From: Gammaproteobacteria bacterium
GTDB taxonomy: Bacteria > Pseudomonadota > Gammaproteobacteria > Steroidobacterales > PWYM01
Reading direction: 5' to 3'
Assembly: GCA_020832005.1 (NCBI GenBank)
Contig: JAFIFN010000006.1
Location: 1 to 55,297 of the forward strand
DNA length: 55,297 nucleotides
The notes under the pieces are model-generated. The model made no database searches. It had not been told where the DNA came from and saw nothing but the letters and a program-made list of their open reading frames with translations. Each line of letters begins with the position of its first letter. The first letter of the stretch is position 1. Shown here one piece after another: positions 9,533-23,840 of the stretch. The position numbers and the translations under genes are program-made.

Positions 9533-11944
9533 ATGTCCAGTTCATCGACAGTCCTCGACACCGCGAGCGCGCCCCTGTCGCCCACAGAGCTTGCCGCGCT
9601 GCACGATTACTGGTGCGCAGCCAACTACCTGTCGGTCGGTCAGATCTACCTGCTGGCCAATCCCCTGTTGCACGAGGCGCTGCTGCCGGAGCACATCAAG
9701 CCACGGCTGCTCGGTCACTGGGGTACCACCCCCGGGCTGAACTTCCTGTATGCACATATGAATCGCGTGATCCGGGCGCGCGACCTGGATGCGATTTTCA
9801 TCACCGGCCCCGGGCATGGCGGACCGGCCCTGGTGGCCAACACCTGGCTGGAGGGCAGCTTCAGCGAACTCTACCCGGAGGTCAGTCGTGATGCCGAGGG
9901 TATGGCGCGCCTTTTTCGACAGTTCTCTTTCCCCGGGGGGCTGCCCAGCCATGTCGCACCGGAGGTGCCCGGGTCGATCCACGAGGGCGGTGAACTGGGC
10001 TATGCGCTGTCGCATGCCTACGGGGCCGTGTTCGACAATCCCGACCTGCTCGCGCTGTGCGTGATCGGTGACGGTGAGGCCGAAACCGGTCCGCTGGCGG
10101 CGTCCTGGCATTCCAACAAGTTCCTGAATCCCGCGCGTGATGGCGCGGTGCTGCCGGTGCTGCACCTCAATGGCTGGAAGATCGCCAACCCGACGGTGCT
10201 CGCGCGCATCAGCCACGATGAACTCGATGCGCTGATGAAGGGTTACGGGCACCGCATGATCCTGGTCGAGGGCAGCGACCCGCAGATCATGCACCAGCGG
10301 ATGGCCGCGGCACTGGATGAAGCCCTGGACGAGATCGCACGGATCCAGGCGCACGCACGCGAGGGCGGGGCCGTGCGCCGTCCTCGCTGGCCGATGATCG
10401 TGCTGAAAAGCCCGAAGGGCTGGACCGGGCCGGCCGAGGTCGATGGCAAGCGCATCGAGGGCAGTTTCCGTGCCCACCAGGTGCCCTTTGCCGATGCGGC
10501 GGCCAGCGACAGCCATCGCGGCATCCTCGAAGACTGGCTGCGCAGCTACCAGCCCGAGCGCCTGTTCGATGCCAACGGCGCGCCGCGGGCGCACCTGCTC
10601 GAGCTGGTGCCCGACGGTCCCCGGCGCATGGGCGCCAACCCGCATGCCAACGGTGGCCTGTTGTTGAAGGATCTGGTGCTGCCGGACTACCGCGACTATG
10701 CGCTCGAGGTGGTGCGCCCCGGAGAACTGGTCGCCGAGGCCACGCGTGTCATGGGTCGCTTTCTGCGCGATGTCATGCGTCGCAACGAAACGCGCCACAA
10801 CTTCCGGCTGTTCGGGCCCGACGAGACCGAGTCCAACCGGCTGGGGGCGGTCTTCGAGGCCACCGACAAGACCTGGGTGGCCGGTATCGAGCCCGATGAC
10901 GAACAGCTCTCGCCGGAGGGCCGGGTCATGGAGATACTCTCCGAGCATACCTGCCAGGGCTGGCTCGAGGGCTACCTGCTGACCGGACGCCATGGGCTGT
11001 TCTCATGCTACGAGGCCTTCATTCATATCGTTGATTCGATGTTCAACCAGCATGCCAAGTGGCTCAAGGTCGCCGCCCACGAGGTGCCATGGCGCCGCCC
11101 CATTGCGTCGCTGAATTACCTGCTGACCTCGCATGTCTGGCGCCAGGATCACAACGGCTTCAGTCACCAGGATCCGGGCTTCATCGATCACGTGGTCAAC
11201 AAGAAGGCCGACATCATCCGCGTCTACCTGCCGCCGGATGCCAACTGCCTGCTCTATGTCACCGACAAGGTTTTGCGCAGCCGGGATTTCATCAATGTCA
11301 TCGTCGCGGGCAAGCAGATGCAGCCGCAGTGGCTGAGCATGTCGCAGGCTATCCGGCACTGCAGTGCCGGTATCGGCATCTGGGAATGGGCGAGCAATGA
11401 CCGCGGCAGCGAACCCGACGTCGTGCTCGCCTGCGCCGGCGATGTGCCTACGCTGGAGACACTGGCCGCGGTCGACCTGCTGCGCCAGCATGTGCCGGAG
11501 CTGAAAGTACGTGTCGTCAATGTCGTCGACCTGATGACGCTGCAGCCGCGCGAGGAGCACCCGCACGGCCTGTCGGACCGTGACTTCGATGCGCTGTTCA
11601 CCACCGACAAGCCGATCATATTCGCCTACCACGGCTATCCGTGGCTGATTCACCGGCTGACCTACCGGCGCACGAATCATCCCAATCTGCATGTGCGTGG
11701 TTACAAGGAGGAGGGCACGACGACCACGCCCTTCGACATGGCCGTGCTCAACGACCTGGATCGTTTTCACCTCGCCGGCGACGTCATCGACCGCGTGCCG
11801 AAGCTGGGGTATCTCGCCGCCTATGCCAAGCAGATATTGCGCGACCGGTTGACGGATCACCACCACTACATCCGCAAGTATGGCCAGGACATGCCGGAGA
11901 TCCGTGACTGGAAGTGGCCTTACGGTAATGAAGATGCATCCTAG
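9533..11944 (+). CDS. xfp: Xylulose-5-phosphate/fructose-6-phosphate phosphoketolase
   Basis: [34 protein letters not shown] (TPP motif), [30 protein letters not shown]. Start ATG 9533 follows GGGAG. Confidence 0.97.
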   Translation: MSSSSTVLDTASAPLSPTELAALHDYWCAANYLSVGQIYLLANPLLHEALLPEHIKPRLLGHWGTTPGLNFLYAHMNRVIRARDLDAIFITGPGHGGPALVANTWLEGSFSELYPEVSRDAEGMARLFRQFSFPGGLPSHVAPEVPGSIHEGGELGYALSHAYGAVFDNPDLLALCVIGDGEAETGPLAASWHSNKFLNPARDGAVLPVLHLNGWKIANPTVLARISHDELDALMKGYGHRMILVEGSDPQIMHQRMAAALDEALDEIARIQAHAREGGAVRRPRWPMIVLKSPKGWTGPAEVDGKRIEGSFRAHQVPFADAAASDSHRGILEDWLRSYQPERLFDANGAPRAHLLELVPDGPRRMGANPHANGGLLLKDLVLPDYRDYALEVVRPGELVAEATRVMGRFLRDVMRRNETRHNFRLFGPDETESNRLGAVFEATDKTWVAGIEPDDEQLSPEGRVMEILSEHTCQGWLEGYLLTGRHGLFSCYEAFIHIVDSMFNQHAKWLKVAAHEVPWRRPIASLNYLLTSHVWRQDHNGFSHQDPGFIDHVVNKKADIIRVYLPPDANCLLYVTDKVLRSRDFINVIVAGKQMQPQWLSMSQAIRHCSAGIGIWEWASNDRGSEPDVVLACAGDVPTLETLAAVDLLRQHVPELKVRVVNVVDLMTLQPREEHPHGLSDRDFDALFTTDKPIIFAYHGYPWLIHRLTYRRTNHPNLHVRGYKEEGTTTTPFDMAVLNDLDRFHLAGDVIDRVPKLGYLAAYAKQILRDRLTDHHHYIRKYGQDMPEIRDWKWPYGNEDAS

Positions 11945-13034
11945 GCTGGCAGCACTCAAGGCGCACGGGCAGTCCGTCTGGCTGGATTACATCGATCGGG
12001 AACTGCTCGACGAGGGGCGGCTGGCGAGGTTGATCGAAGATGGTGTGACGGGTGTGACCACCAACCCGAGCATCTTTCACAAGGCCATTACCGGGAGTGA
12101 TCGCTATGATGAAAGCATTCGGAGCTGGTTGCAGCAGCATCCCGACGGCGACGCCCAGGCGCTGCTCGAATACCTGATGATCGAGGATGTCGGTGCGGCC
12201 GCCGACAGGCTGCGCGACGTATTCGAGACCAGCGGAGGACACGACGGCTATGTGAGCATCGAGGTCTCGCCCATGCTCGCGCATGACAGCGTGGCCACGA
12301 TCGAAAGCGCGCGGCGGCTCTTCGATGCCCTGGCCCGGCCGAACGTCATGATCAAGATTCCCGGCACGAAAGAAGGCCTGGCGGCCATCGAGACCAGTCT
12401 CGCGGATGGCATCAATGTCAACGTGACGCTGCTGTTTGCCGTGCCGCGACATGCCCAGGTGCTCGCCGCGTGGGCCAGTGCGATGGGCAGGCACAACTCA
12501 CCGGGCAGCATCGCCTGCGTGACGTCGTTTTTCATCAGCCGTATCGACAGTGTGGTCGACCCGGCGCTCGAGAAGCTGGGTTCGCCAGAAGCGCTGGCGC
12601 TGCGCGGGCGTATCGCCATTGCCTGCGCCCGCTGTGCCTACGCACAGCTGGTGGATTTCATCGGCAGACCGGACTTCGCCGCGCTGGCGCGTCGCGGTGC
12701 CCGCGTGCCACGCCTGCTGTGGGGCAGCACCGGCACCAAGAACCCGGCTTACAGTGATGTCGTCTACGTCGAGCACCTGATCGGCGCCGACACGGTCAAT
12801 ACCCTGCCCCCGGATACGCTGGCGGCGTTTCTGGACCATGGCGAGGTCACGGACTCCCTGATGGACGGGCTGGAGCAGGCGCGGATGGATCTCGCACTAC
12901 TCGAACGTCTGGGTATTTCGCTGGAAGATGTCGTCGCACAGCTCGAACGCGAGGGCGTTGCAGCCTTCGCGAGCGCCCATGATCAGTTGCTCACGGCGTT
13001 GCAGACACGGATCGAGGACCAGCGCGTGCGCTGA
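11928..13034 (+). CDS. tal: Transaldolase
   Basis: [34 protein letters not shown] (Schiff-base Lys), [25 protein letters not shown]. Start overlaps the xfp end. Confidence 0.93.
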   Translation: MKMHPRLAALKAHGQSVWLDYIDRELLDEGRLARLIEDGVTGVTTNPSIFHKAITGSDRYDESIRSWLQQHPDGDAQALLEYLMIEDVGAAADRLRDVFETSGGHDGYVSIEVSPMLAHDSVATIESARRLFDALARPNVMIKIPGTKEGLAAIETSLADGINVNVTLLFAVPRHAQVLAAWASAMGRHNSPGSIACVTSFFISRIDSVVDPALEKLGSPEALALRGRIAIACARCAYAQLVDFIGRPDFAALARRGARVPRLLWGSTGTKNPAYSDVVYVEHLIGADTVNTLPPDTLAAFLDHGEVTDSLMDGLEQARMDLALLERLGISLEDVVAQLEREGVAAFASAHDQLLTALQTRIEDQRVR

Positions 13035-13055
13035 TTCGCCGCAGTAGGATTGCCG

Positions 13056-14816
13056 ATGGACAGCAAGGCTCGCATCGCCTACTTCTCGATGGAGATCGCG
13101 CTGGATGCGCGCATGCCGACCTACAGCGGTGGCCTGGGTGTGCTCGCCGGCGACACCGTGCGCACGGCAGCCGACCTCGGTGTGCCGATGGTGGCCGTAT
13201 GCCTGCTGCACCGCCGCGGCTATTTCCGCCAGCAGCTGGCGTCAGATGGTACCCAGCACGAGCACGCGGAGGACTGGCAGATCGATGCACTGCTTGAGCC
13301 CCTGGCGGCGCGTGCAAAGGTCTCGATTGCCTCGCGGCAGGTCTCACTGCGGGCGTGGCACTACCGCATCGCCGGCTGTCACGGTCACGAGGTGTCGGTG
13401 ATCTTCATCGACAGCGATCTTCCCGAGAACGATGCCTACGACCGCCGGCTCACCGACCAGCTTTATGGTGGCGATGCGTATTACCGGCTCTGCCAGGAAG
13501 TGCTGCTGGGCATCGGCGGCGTGCGGCTGCTGCGCGCATTGGGTTTCGACTCGATCACGCGCTTTCATATGAATGAAGGTCACGCCGCGCTGCTGACCCT
13601 GGAACTGCTTGCAGAGGCATGTCAGGGCAATGGCCAGAACGGCATTGGCGAGGCGGAGATCGAGGCCGTGCGCGCGCAGTGTGTGTTCACGACCCACACA
13701 CCAGTACCCGCCGGGCATGACCAGTTTGCGCTGGAGATGGCTGCTGAAGTGTTGGGCAAGTCGCACGCACCCAGGCTGCGCGACCTGTTTTCGACCGACG
13801 TCTACCGGCAAGTGCTGCGCACCGACGAGGCCTTTACCTCGCCGGGTGAGCTGCTTCATCGTGGCCTGATGCTCAACATGACCTATCTGGCACTGAATCT
13901 CAGCCGCTATGTCAACGGGGTGGCCCACCGCCACGGTGAGATCTCGCGGCTGATGTTCGCCGATTACCGGGTCGATGCGATTACCAACGGCGTCCATGCG
14001 GCGACCTGGATCGCAGCGCCGATGGCGCAGCTGCTGGATCGTCATCTCGCCGGATGGGCGGCGGACAACGTCAGTCTTCGCTATGCGCTGGCGATACCGC
14101 TGGCGGAAATCGGAGAGGCCCATACCCGAGCCAAGCGGCAGCTGTTCGATCACGTGCAGACGAGCTGTGGTGTCGGCCTGGATCCGCAGGTACTGACGCT
14201 GGGGTTCGCGCGTCGTGCGACGGCCTACAAGCGTCCCGACCTGCTCTTTCATGACATGGACCGGCTGCGGCAGATTGCGCGAGACCATGGAGGGCTGCAG
14301 GCGGTGTTCGCCGGCAAGGCGCATCCGGCCGATGCCGGTGGCAAAGCCCTGATTCGCCAGGTCCACGCCGCTGCGGCGGCTCTGCGGGCCGATGGTGTGC
14401 AGGTGGTCTACCTGCCCGATTACGATATCCGGCTTGCCTTGCTGCTTGTCAGTGGGGTGGATGTGTGGCTGAACACACCGCTGCCGCCCAATGAGGCCTC
14501 TGGCACCAGTGGCATGAAGGCAGCGATGAACGGGGTGCCAAGCCTGAGCACGCTGGATGGCTGGTGGATCGAAGGTCACCTGGAGGGCATCACTGGCTGG
14601 GCGATTGGCAGCGGCGAGGAGGATAACGCGGCAGATCGCATGCTGGCCTGCGATGCGCGCAGTCTCTACGACACGTTGGCCGAGGTCGTGATGCCCTGCT
14701 TCTACCGGCATCCCGAGGATTTCCTGCGCATCCGTCGCAACGCCATCGCGCTGAACGGCGCGTTTTTCAACTCTCAGCGGATGCTGCAGCAGTATCTGCG
14801 TCGCGCCTACCTGTGA
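13056..14816 (+). CDS. glgP: Short alpha-glucan phosphorylase (second copy, catalytic core only)
   Basis: IAYFSMEI, YSGGLGVLAGD, HMNEGH, FARRATAYKR, EASGTSGMKAA, FFNSQRM. About 586 aa. Confidence 0.92.
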   Translation: MDSKARIAYFSMEIALDARMPTYSGGLGVLAGDTVRTAADLGVPMVAVCLLHRRGYFRQQLASDGTQHEHAEDWQIDALLEPLAARAKVSIASRQVSLRAWHYRIAGCHGHEVSVIFIDSDLPENDAYDRRLTDQLYGGDAYYRLCQEVLLGIGGVRLLRALGFDSITRFHMNEGHAALLTLELLAEACQGNGQNGIGEAEIEAVRAQCVFTTHTPVPAGHDQFALEMAAEVLGKSHAPRLRDLFSTDVYRQVLRTDEAFTSPGELLHRGLMLNMTYLALNLSRYVNGVAHRHGEISRLMFADYRVDAITNGVHAATWIAAPMAQLLDRHLAGWAADNVSLRYALAIPLAEIGEAHTRAKRQLFDHVQTSCGVGLDPQVLTLGFARRATAYKRPDLLFHDMDRLRQIARDHGGLQAVFAGKAHPADAGGKALIRQVHAAAAALRADGVQVVYLPDYDIRLALLLVSGVDVWLNTPLPPNEASGTSGMKAAMNGVPSLSTLDGWWIEGHLEGITGWAIGSGEEDNAADRMLACDARSLYDTLAEVVMPCFYRHPEDFLRIRRNAIALNGAFFNSQRMLQQYLRRAYL

Positions 14817-14819
14817 TGC

Positions 14820-15989
14820 TCAGCTTGCAAGGACACGCAGGGCGTGTCGGGCCATCACCGAGGCCTCGTCGGTGGTCATGACGCGTATGTCCACTGTGCT
14901 GTCCGGGCTCGCCACGATGGCGGCATGATTTTCATTGGCGGCCTCGTCGAGGGCCAGGCCCAGGAAGGCGCACTGCGTGACGATGTCGGCGCGTACGCTG
15001 GCCGCACGCTCGCCGATGCCGCCGGTAAACACCAGCGCATCGAGCCCGCCCAGCGCGACGCTCATGGCCGCGATCGCCTGCGCACAACGGTAGGTGAACA
15101 CCGCAACCGCCTCGCGCGCGGCAGCCGACCGACTTGCCAGCAGTTCGCGCATGTCAGCGCTGATGCCGGAGAGCCCGAGCAGGCCCGACTGGCGATACAG
15201 GATCTCGGCCAGCCCATCCACACCATGGCCCTGGGATTCAAGCAGCCATAACAGCAGGCCCGGGTCGATGGCCCCGCTGCGTGTGCCCATGGGGATGCCG
15301 TCCAGCGGCGTCAGGCCCATTGTGGTATCCAGGCTGCGGCCATCGCGCAGCGCGCAGAGGCTGGCGCCATTGCCCAGGTGGGCGACAACGACCCGGCCGG
15401 TCTCGGGGCTGAGCGTGCGCATCTGCGTTGCTATGGATTCATACGACAGCCCGTGGAATCCATAGCGGCGCAGCGGTCGATCCGCCACCTGCCCGGGCAG
15501 TGCGACGCGTTGTGCCACGGCAGGCATGGTGTGATGAAACGCGGTGTCGAAGCAGGCGATTTGTGGCGTACCCGGCAGCTGCCGTGCCAGCACCCGAATG
15601 GTCGCCAGGTCATTGGGCTGGTGCAGCGGTGCCAATGGGCTAAGCTCAGCGAGTTCGGCGAGCAGCGCATCATCGACGCGGGCCGGTCCGGCGCGCCCGC
15701 CGCCATGTACGACCCGGTGGGCGGCAGCCGTGATCGCCGATGTGTGTCCCTGCTGCTGCAGCCAAGTCAGCACGGCCGCCAGTGCGGAGGCGGCGTCGTC
15801 GACTGCATCGAGATCGGGCATGTCCGTGTGCGCGCCAAGCTCGACGTGGCCGCGGGCGGGCTGTGCGCTGCCCGGCAGTTCGATGCGCACGCGCCAGCGT
15901 GCCTGCGGTGCTTGTGCGCCGGCGTCGAACAGGGCGCAACGCAGGCTGGAAGAACCGGCATTCACGGTCAGAATCAGCTTGTCATTCAT
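14820..15989 (-). CDS. ackA: Acetate kinase
   Basis: LTVNAGSSS, HRVVHGG, FDTAFH, RRYGFHGLS, HLGNGAS, FTGGIGE. The real start is taken as MNDKLIL at 15989. Confidence 0.95.
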   Translation of the reverse strand: MNDKLILTVNAGSSSLRCALFDAGAQAPQARWRVRIELPGSAQPARGHVELGAHTDMPDLDAVDDAASALAAVLTWLQQQGHTSAITAAAHRVVHGGGRAGPARVDDALLAELAELSPLAPLHQPNDLATIRVLARQLPGTPQIACFDTAFHHTMPAVAQRVALPGQVADRPLRRYGFHGLSYESIATQMRTLSPETGRVVVAHLGNGASLCALRDGRSLDTTMGLTPLDGIPMGTRSGAIDPGLLLWLLESQGHGVDGLAEILYRQSGLLGLSGISADMRELLASRSAAAREAVAVFTYRCAQAIAAMSVALGGLDALVFTGGIGERAASVRADIVTQCAFLGLALDEAANENHAAIVASPDSTVDIRVMTTDEASVMARHALRVLAS

Positions 15990-16163
15990 GCGGGCAGTGT
16001 CACCGATCTGGCGCAGCCCGTCGAGTGCAAGTCCGCAGCCACTGTCCGGCACTGCAGTTGCACAGTACAGGCGCATGTACGGACTATCCGCAAGCGCATC
16101 TCGGACTCTGCGGGCTGACATAGACCTGGCTCCGGGACCATGATCAATGATGCACCCAGCCCG

Positions 16164-16182
16164 TTTTCTGCACCCCAGGAGG
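16164..16182 (+). promoter_or_regulatory. Candidate fourU-like RNA thermometer occluding the hsp20 Shine-Dalgarno
   Basis: UUUUCUG-CACCC-CAGGAGG can form 7 bp, including 3 G.U pairs, that sequester AGGAGG. Confidence 0.4.
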
Positions 16183-16190
16183 ACCATGAC

Positions 16191-16628
16191 ATGAGCCTGA
16201 TACGTTGGGATCCGTTCCAGGATTCCGGTGACTTGATGCAACGCTTCAACCAGCTTCTGAATCGCTCACCCATGAGTTCGGGTGAGCTCGCCAAGGTTGA
16301 CTGGCGACCGGCTGCCGACATCATCGAGAACGACAAGGAGTATCTGATCAAGGCGGAGCTGCCGGAGGTCAAGAAGGACGATATCCATATCGAGATGCAT
16401 GACGGTGTACTGACGCTGCGCGGTGAGCGCAAGCTCGACAAGGAGCACAAGGACGACAAGGTGCACCGCGTCGAGAGCTTCTATGGAAGTTTCTCACGCA
16501 GCTTCCGGCTGCCCGATGACGTCGATGTCGAGGCGATCAGCGCGGAGAGTCGTGACGGTGTTCTGAAAGTGCGCTTGCCCAAGACCAAGGCGGCAAAGCC
16601 ACGAAGCGTCGAAATCACGGTAAAATAA
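16191..16628 (+). CDS. Small heat shock protein (Hsp20/alpha-crystallin family)
   Basis: MSLIRWDPF, W.PAADI.E, AELPEV, RVESFYGSFSRSFRLP, DGVL.V.LPK. AGGAGG Shine-Dalgarno upstream. Confidence 0.95.
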   Translation: MSLIRWDPFQDSGDLMQRFNQLLNRSPMSSGELAKVDWRPAADIIENDKEYLIKAELPEVKKDDIHIEMHDGVLTLRGERKLDKEHKDDKVHRVESFYGSFSRSFRLPDDVDVEAISAESRDGVLKVRLPKTKAAKPRSVEITVK

Positions 16629-16640
16629 AGCTTCGCGGGG

Positions 16641-16666
16641 GGCTGGGGGTATGCTCGCCCCCAGCC
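16641..16666 (+). terminator. GC-rich stem-loop after hsp20, possible terminator or stabiliser
   Basis: ggctggggg ... cccccagcc forms a 9-bp perfect stem, but the U-tract is weak. Confidence 0.5.
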
Positions 16667-16701
16667 ATTCATGCAGCGAAGCACAGTCATTGAGCGGATC
16701 T

Positions 16702-17579
16702 TTGAGCGAATTATCGCTGTTCGAGCAGCAGCATTACACAGGTTCCGACGGCGTGCGGCTGCGTTACCGGCGCCGTCGATCCACTCCCGGGCCTGCGCAA
16801 CCGGCGCTGATGCTGCTTCACGGTGCGGCCAGCAACGGCACGCGCTGGTGGCATTTCGTTGAACATACCCGCCTGACTGACCGACTGCTGCTGGCACCGG
16901 ACCTGCGCGGCCATGGCGGCTCGGTGTGGCGGGGGCCCGCACGCATGCAGCACTGGCGCGAAGATCTTGCGGCACTGCTAGACCATGAGCGCAGCCCGCA
17001 TGCCGTGGTCATCGGGCACTGCCTGGGCGCCAACGTGGCTGCGCATTTTGCGGCGCGTCATCCCGATCGCTGTGCAGGGCTGGTGCTGATCGAGCCGATG
17101 CTGCGCGTGGCGCTGAGCGGACAGATGGCGCGTCTGCGCTGGGCAGCGCCGCTGCTGGATATCGCCGCACGATTCATTTCCGTGGCCAATCGCCTGGGCA
17201 TCTATCGCCGCAGGCTCGCGCAGGTCGATCTGCGCGAACTGGATCGGCCGGTGCACGCAAGCACTGCCGAGGGCAAGGCACCGGAGCTGCGTACCCATGG
17301 TTCGCTGCGCCACGATGTGCGGGTCGTGCCGGTGGCCCAGCTGCTGGCAAATTTCGTGGAGCTGGTGCGTCCGTTGCCAGTGTCGGGACTGACCATGCCC
17401 TGCCTGGTGATTCAGGCCAGTGGGCGGCGCATGACCGATGCTGCCCTCACGCGCGAGCTGCTCGCGCAGCGCCTGCCGCAGGCCGAGTTCATCGAGCTGC
17501 CCTCGGAGCACTGGATTCCGACAACTCACCCCGAGCGACTGTGTCAGCTGATCGATGACTGGGCGTCGGGCCTGCGATC

Positions 17580-17583
<4 letters not shown>
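16702..17583 (+). CDS. Alpha/beta fold hydrolase with a Cys nucleophile elbow
   Basis: LLHGA (oxyanion), PDLRGHGGS, VIGHCLGA, C-terminal H (SEHW). The start is uncertain (16651, 16690 or 16702). Confidence 0.85.
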
Positions 17584-21105
<3,522 letters not shown>

Positions 21106-21106
<1 letters not shown>

Positions 21107-23334
21107 TGGCCGCCTGCGGCGCGGCAGCCACCTTGCGGCCGACAGCGTCGTGTCGGATCACGGTGTGGCTGCTCACCGCGCTGCTGGCGCCGGTGCAGTC
21201 CGTTGCGGCCACTGATCGGGGGGATGAGCCCGCGCAGCGCGATGGCGCTGTGCTGCAGACGATCGTCGTTACCGCCACGCGCCAGCCGCGCGAGCTGCGC
21301 GAAGTGGCCGCCACGGTCACGCTCATAGACGGTGACAGGCTGCAACGTGACATGGTGTTCGACCTGCGGGATCTGGCGCGCAGTGTGCCGGCGCTGCAGG
21401 TGGAAAGTGGCGGCAGCCGTTTCGGCACCTCGGGTTTCAGGGTGCGCGGGATCGGGGGCAATCGCGTCACCACGCTGCTCGACGGTGTCCCCCTGGGCGA
21501 TCGGTTTGCAGTGGGCTCCTACAGTGACAGCGGCCGGGACCTGCTGAGCCTGGGCATGGTGTCCTCGATGGAGGTGCTGCGCGGCCCGGCCTCGACGCTC
21601 TACGGCAGCAAGGCGCTCGGCGGCGTGGTGGCGATCCGCACGTTCAACCCTGATGAACTGCTCGACGAACAGCGTGGCTGGGCGGGCGCGGCCACGCTTG
21701 CCCATGCCGGTCACCGCGACCAGGTCGCACTGGGTGCGAATCTAGCGCTCGGGGATCACACCACGGGCCTGCTGCTGTCGGGCGGCCGAATCAGTGGCAG
21801 CGAGGTGCGTACTTCGGCCGGTGGTGTCCGGGATCCGCAGCGCGAGATCCGCGAATCAATGATGCTGCGTTATACGCATGAGACGCAGGCCGGCCAGCGT
21901 GTGCGAGCCAGCCTGCAGGGTTGGCAGGGCAGTCGTGAGACTGACCTGCGAAGTGTGCTTGGGTCGGGGCGTTTCGCCACCACGCAGCAACTGCTCGGCG
22001 ATGATGATGACCGTCATTGGCGCGCCATCCTCGACGGCGAATGGCAGGCCGAGTCCAGTGGTGTCCAGGTCAGCTGGCGAAGCTATCTGCATGGCTCCAG
22101 GGTGGTCCAGGACACCGACGAACGCCGAGGCGTCGGGTCGGCAGAAGTCCGCCTCCAGCGGCGGTTTGATTTTGCCCAGAACGCTGCCGGTGTCGGTGCG
22201 GATGTGCGTCATGATCCCTGGCTGCTGGGCGATACGACCTGGCGATTTGCGTGGGGTACGGAACTGCGCCTTGGCCGGCTGAGCCAGTTCCGTGACGGCA
22301 GGCAGACCACGCTTGCCACGGGTGCTACGAGCAGCATCCTGCTGGGCGAGCGCTTCCCGCTGCGGGATTTCCCCGAGTCGCGGACACTCGAGGGAGCTGT
22401 CTACATGCATCAGGAGATCGAGCCGGCCGCCTGGCCGCTGACCCTGCTGCTTGGTCTGCGCCATGAGCGTTACCGCCTGTCTGCCAGGCCAGACGAGATC
22501 TTCCGTGAGGGTGCGCCCAACGTCGACACTGTGGACGTCAATGACCAGTACTGGACGCCGAAGCTGGCGGTGATCTGGCAGTTCAGCGAGGCCATGTCGG
22601 GATTTGCGCAGTACGTGCGCGGCTATCGCTCGCCACCGTTCAGTGATGTGAATATCGGTCTCGACATTCCAGCCTTCAACGTCCGCGCATTGCCGAACCC
22701 CGATCTGAGCGCGGAGACCAGTGATGGCCTGGAAGCCGGACTGCGCCTGGTCAGCGAGGCCACGCAGTGGAACGTGGCGGTGTTCAACACCTGGTACCGG
22801 GATTTCATTGTCAGCCGTGCGCCGCTCGGGCCGGATCCCCAGAGCGGTGTGCTGCTGTTCCAGTCACGCAATCTTGATCGCGCACGCATCGCTGGTGTCG
22901 AATTCGGCGTGCAGCATCAGCCACGCTGGCTTCAGCAGCGCATGACGCTTGAACTGGGTGGTATCTGGTTGCATGCGCGCAGCGATGAGAGCAGCAATGC
23001 CATCAGCCTCGTCGATCCCGCCCAGCTGATGGCAGCGGCAGCCTACGCCCTGCGTCCTGCGCTCGCGCTGAGATTCTCCGCCACGGCTGTGCGCGGTTGT
23101 ATCGCCAGTGAGCAGCCCCAGGGTTTCCGTGCCGGGGGGCACGCGCTGCTCGACCTGACGGCCGACTGGCAGCTGCGCGCGAGCACCCGGGTGCGCATGG
23201 GGGTGTTCAATCTGGCCGACCGGGAAGCCTGGAGATGGTCGGAGGTGATCGGGCGCACGGCCACCGATCCCATGCTGCCGCAGCTCAGTCTGCCAGGGCG
23301 CTACGTCGCGGTGACGGTGCAACAGACCTGGTAG
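21106..23334 (+). CDS. TonB-dependent outer-membrane receptor, heme/hemoglobin receptor-like
   Basis: TonB box TIVVTATR; plug motifs RVRGIGGNRV..LLDGVP and EVLRGPASTLYGSKALGGVV; FRAP/NPNL-like YRSP...NPDL; terminal aromatic W. The ATG overlaps the nirS TGA (TGATG). Confidence 0.9.
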
Positions 23335-23364
23335 CTGCGACAGGCGGCCGTATGCTTATCTGCC

Positions 23365-23802
23365 TTATGCGTGGGCGGCCAACAGTCGCCGGAGTTTGCG
23401 CTGTGAACGTGCGATGTCTGCCACGCTGTACTCACTCAGGACGGCGAGAAACGCTGCCAGGGCGCGCCGAAATGTGCCCTGCAGCCCGCAGGCACCGGTG
23501 ATGATGCATTCATTCGTATCCGGATCGAAACACTCCACCAGCGCCATGTCGTCTTCGAAGGCGCGCACCACATCGCCGACGTTGATCGCCTCGCTTGCGC
23601 GCGCCAGCCGCAGGCCGCCACTGCGGCCCTGGAGCGTTTCCGCAAACCCCAGAGCACCGAGGCGCTGAACCACCTTCATCAGGTGGTTGCGCGAGATGTC
23701 ATAGGTCTCGGCGATTTCGCTGATCGTACACAGTCGATCCTCATTGAGTGACAGATAGATCAATGTACGCAAGGCGTAGTCGGTCTGTCGGGTCAGGCGC
23801 AT
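23365..23802 (-). CDS. nsrR: Rrf2-family NO-sensing repressor NsrR
   Basis: MRLT..TDYALR.LIYL, ISRNHLMKVV, GRSGGLRLA, and three Fe-S Cys in VECF...NEC.....C.L. Confidence 0.92.
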   Translation of the reverse strand: MRLTRQTDYALRTLIYLSLNEDRLCTISEIAETYDISRNHLMKVVQRLGALGFAETLQGRSGGLRLARASEAINVGDVVRAFEDDMALVECFDPDTNECIITGACGLQGTFRRALAAFLAVLSEYSVADIARSQRKLRRLLAAHA

Positions 23803-23840
23803 GCGTGTCTTCCCTGATACGCGCTGGAGGCGCAGTTTGA

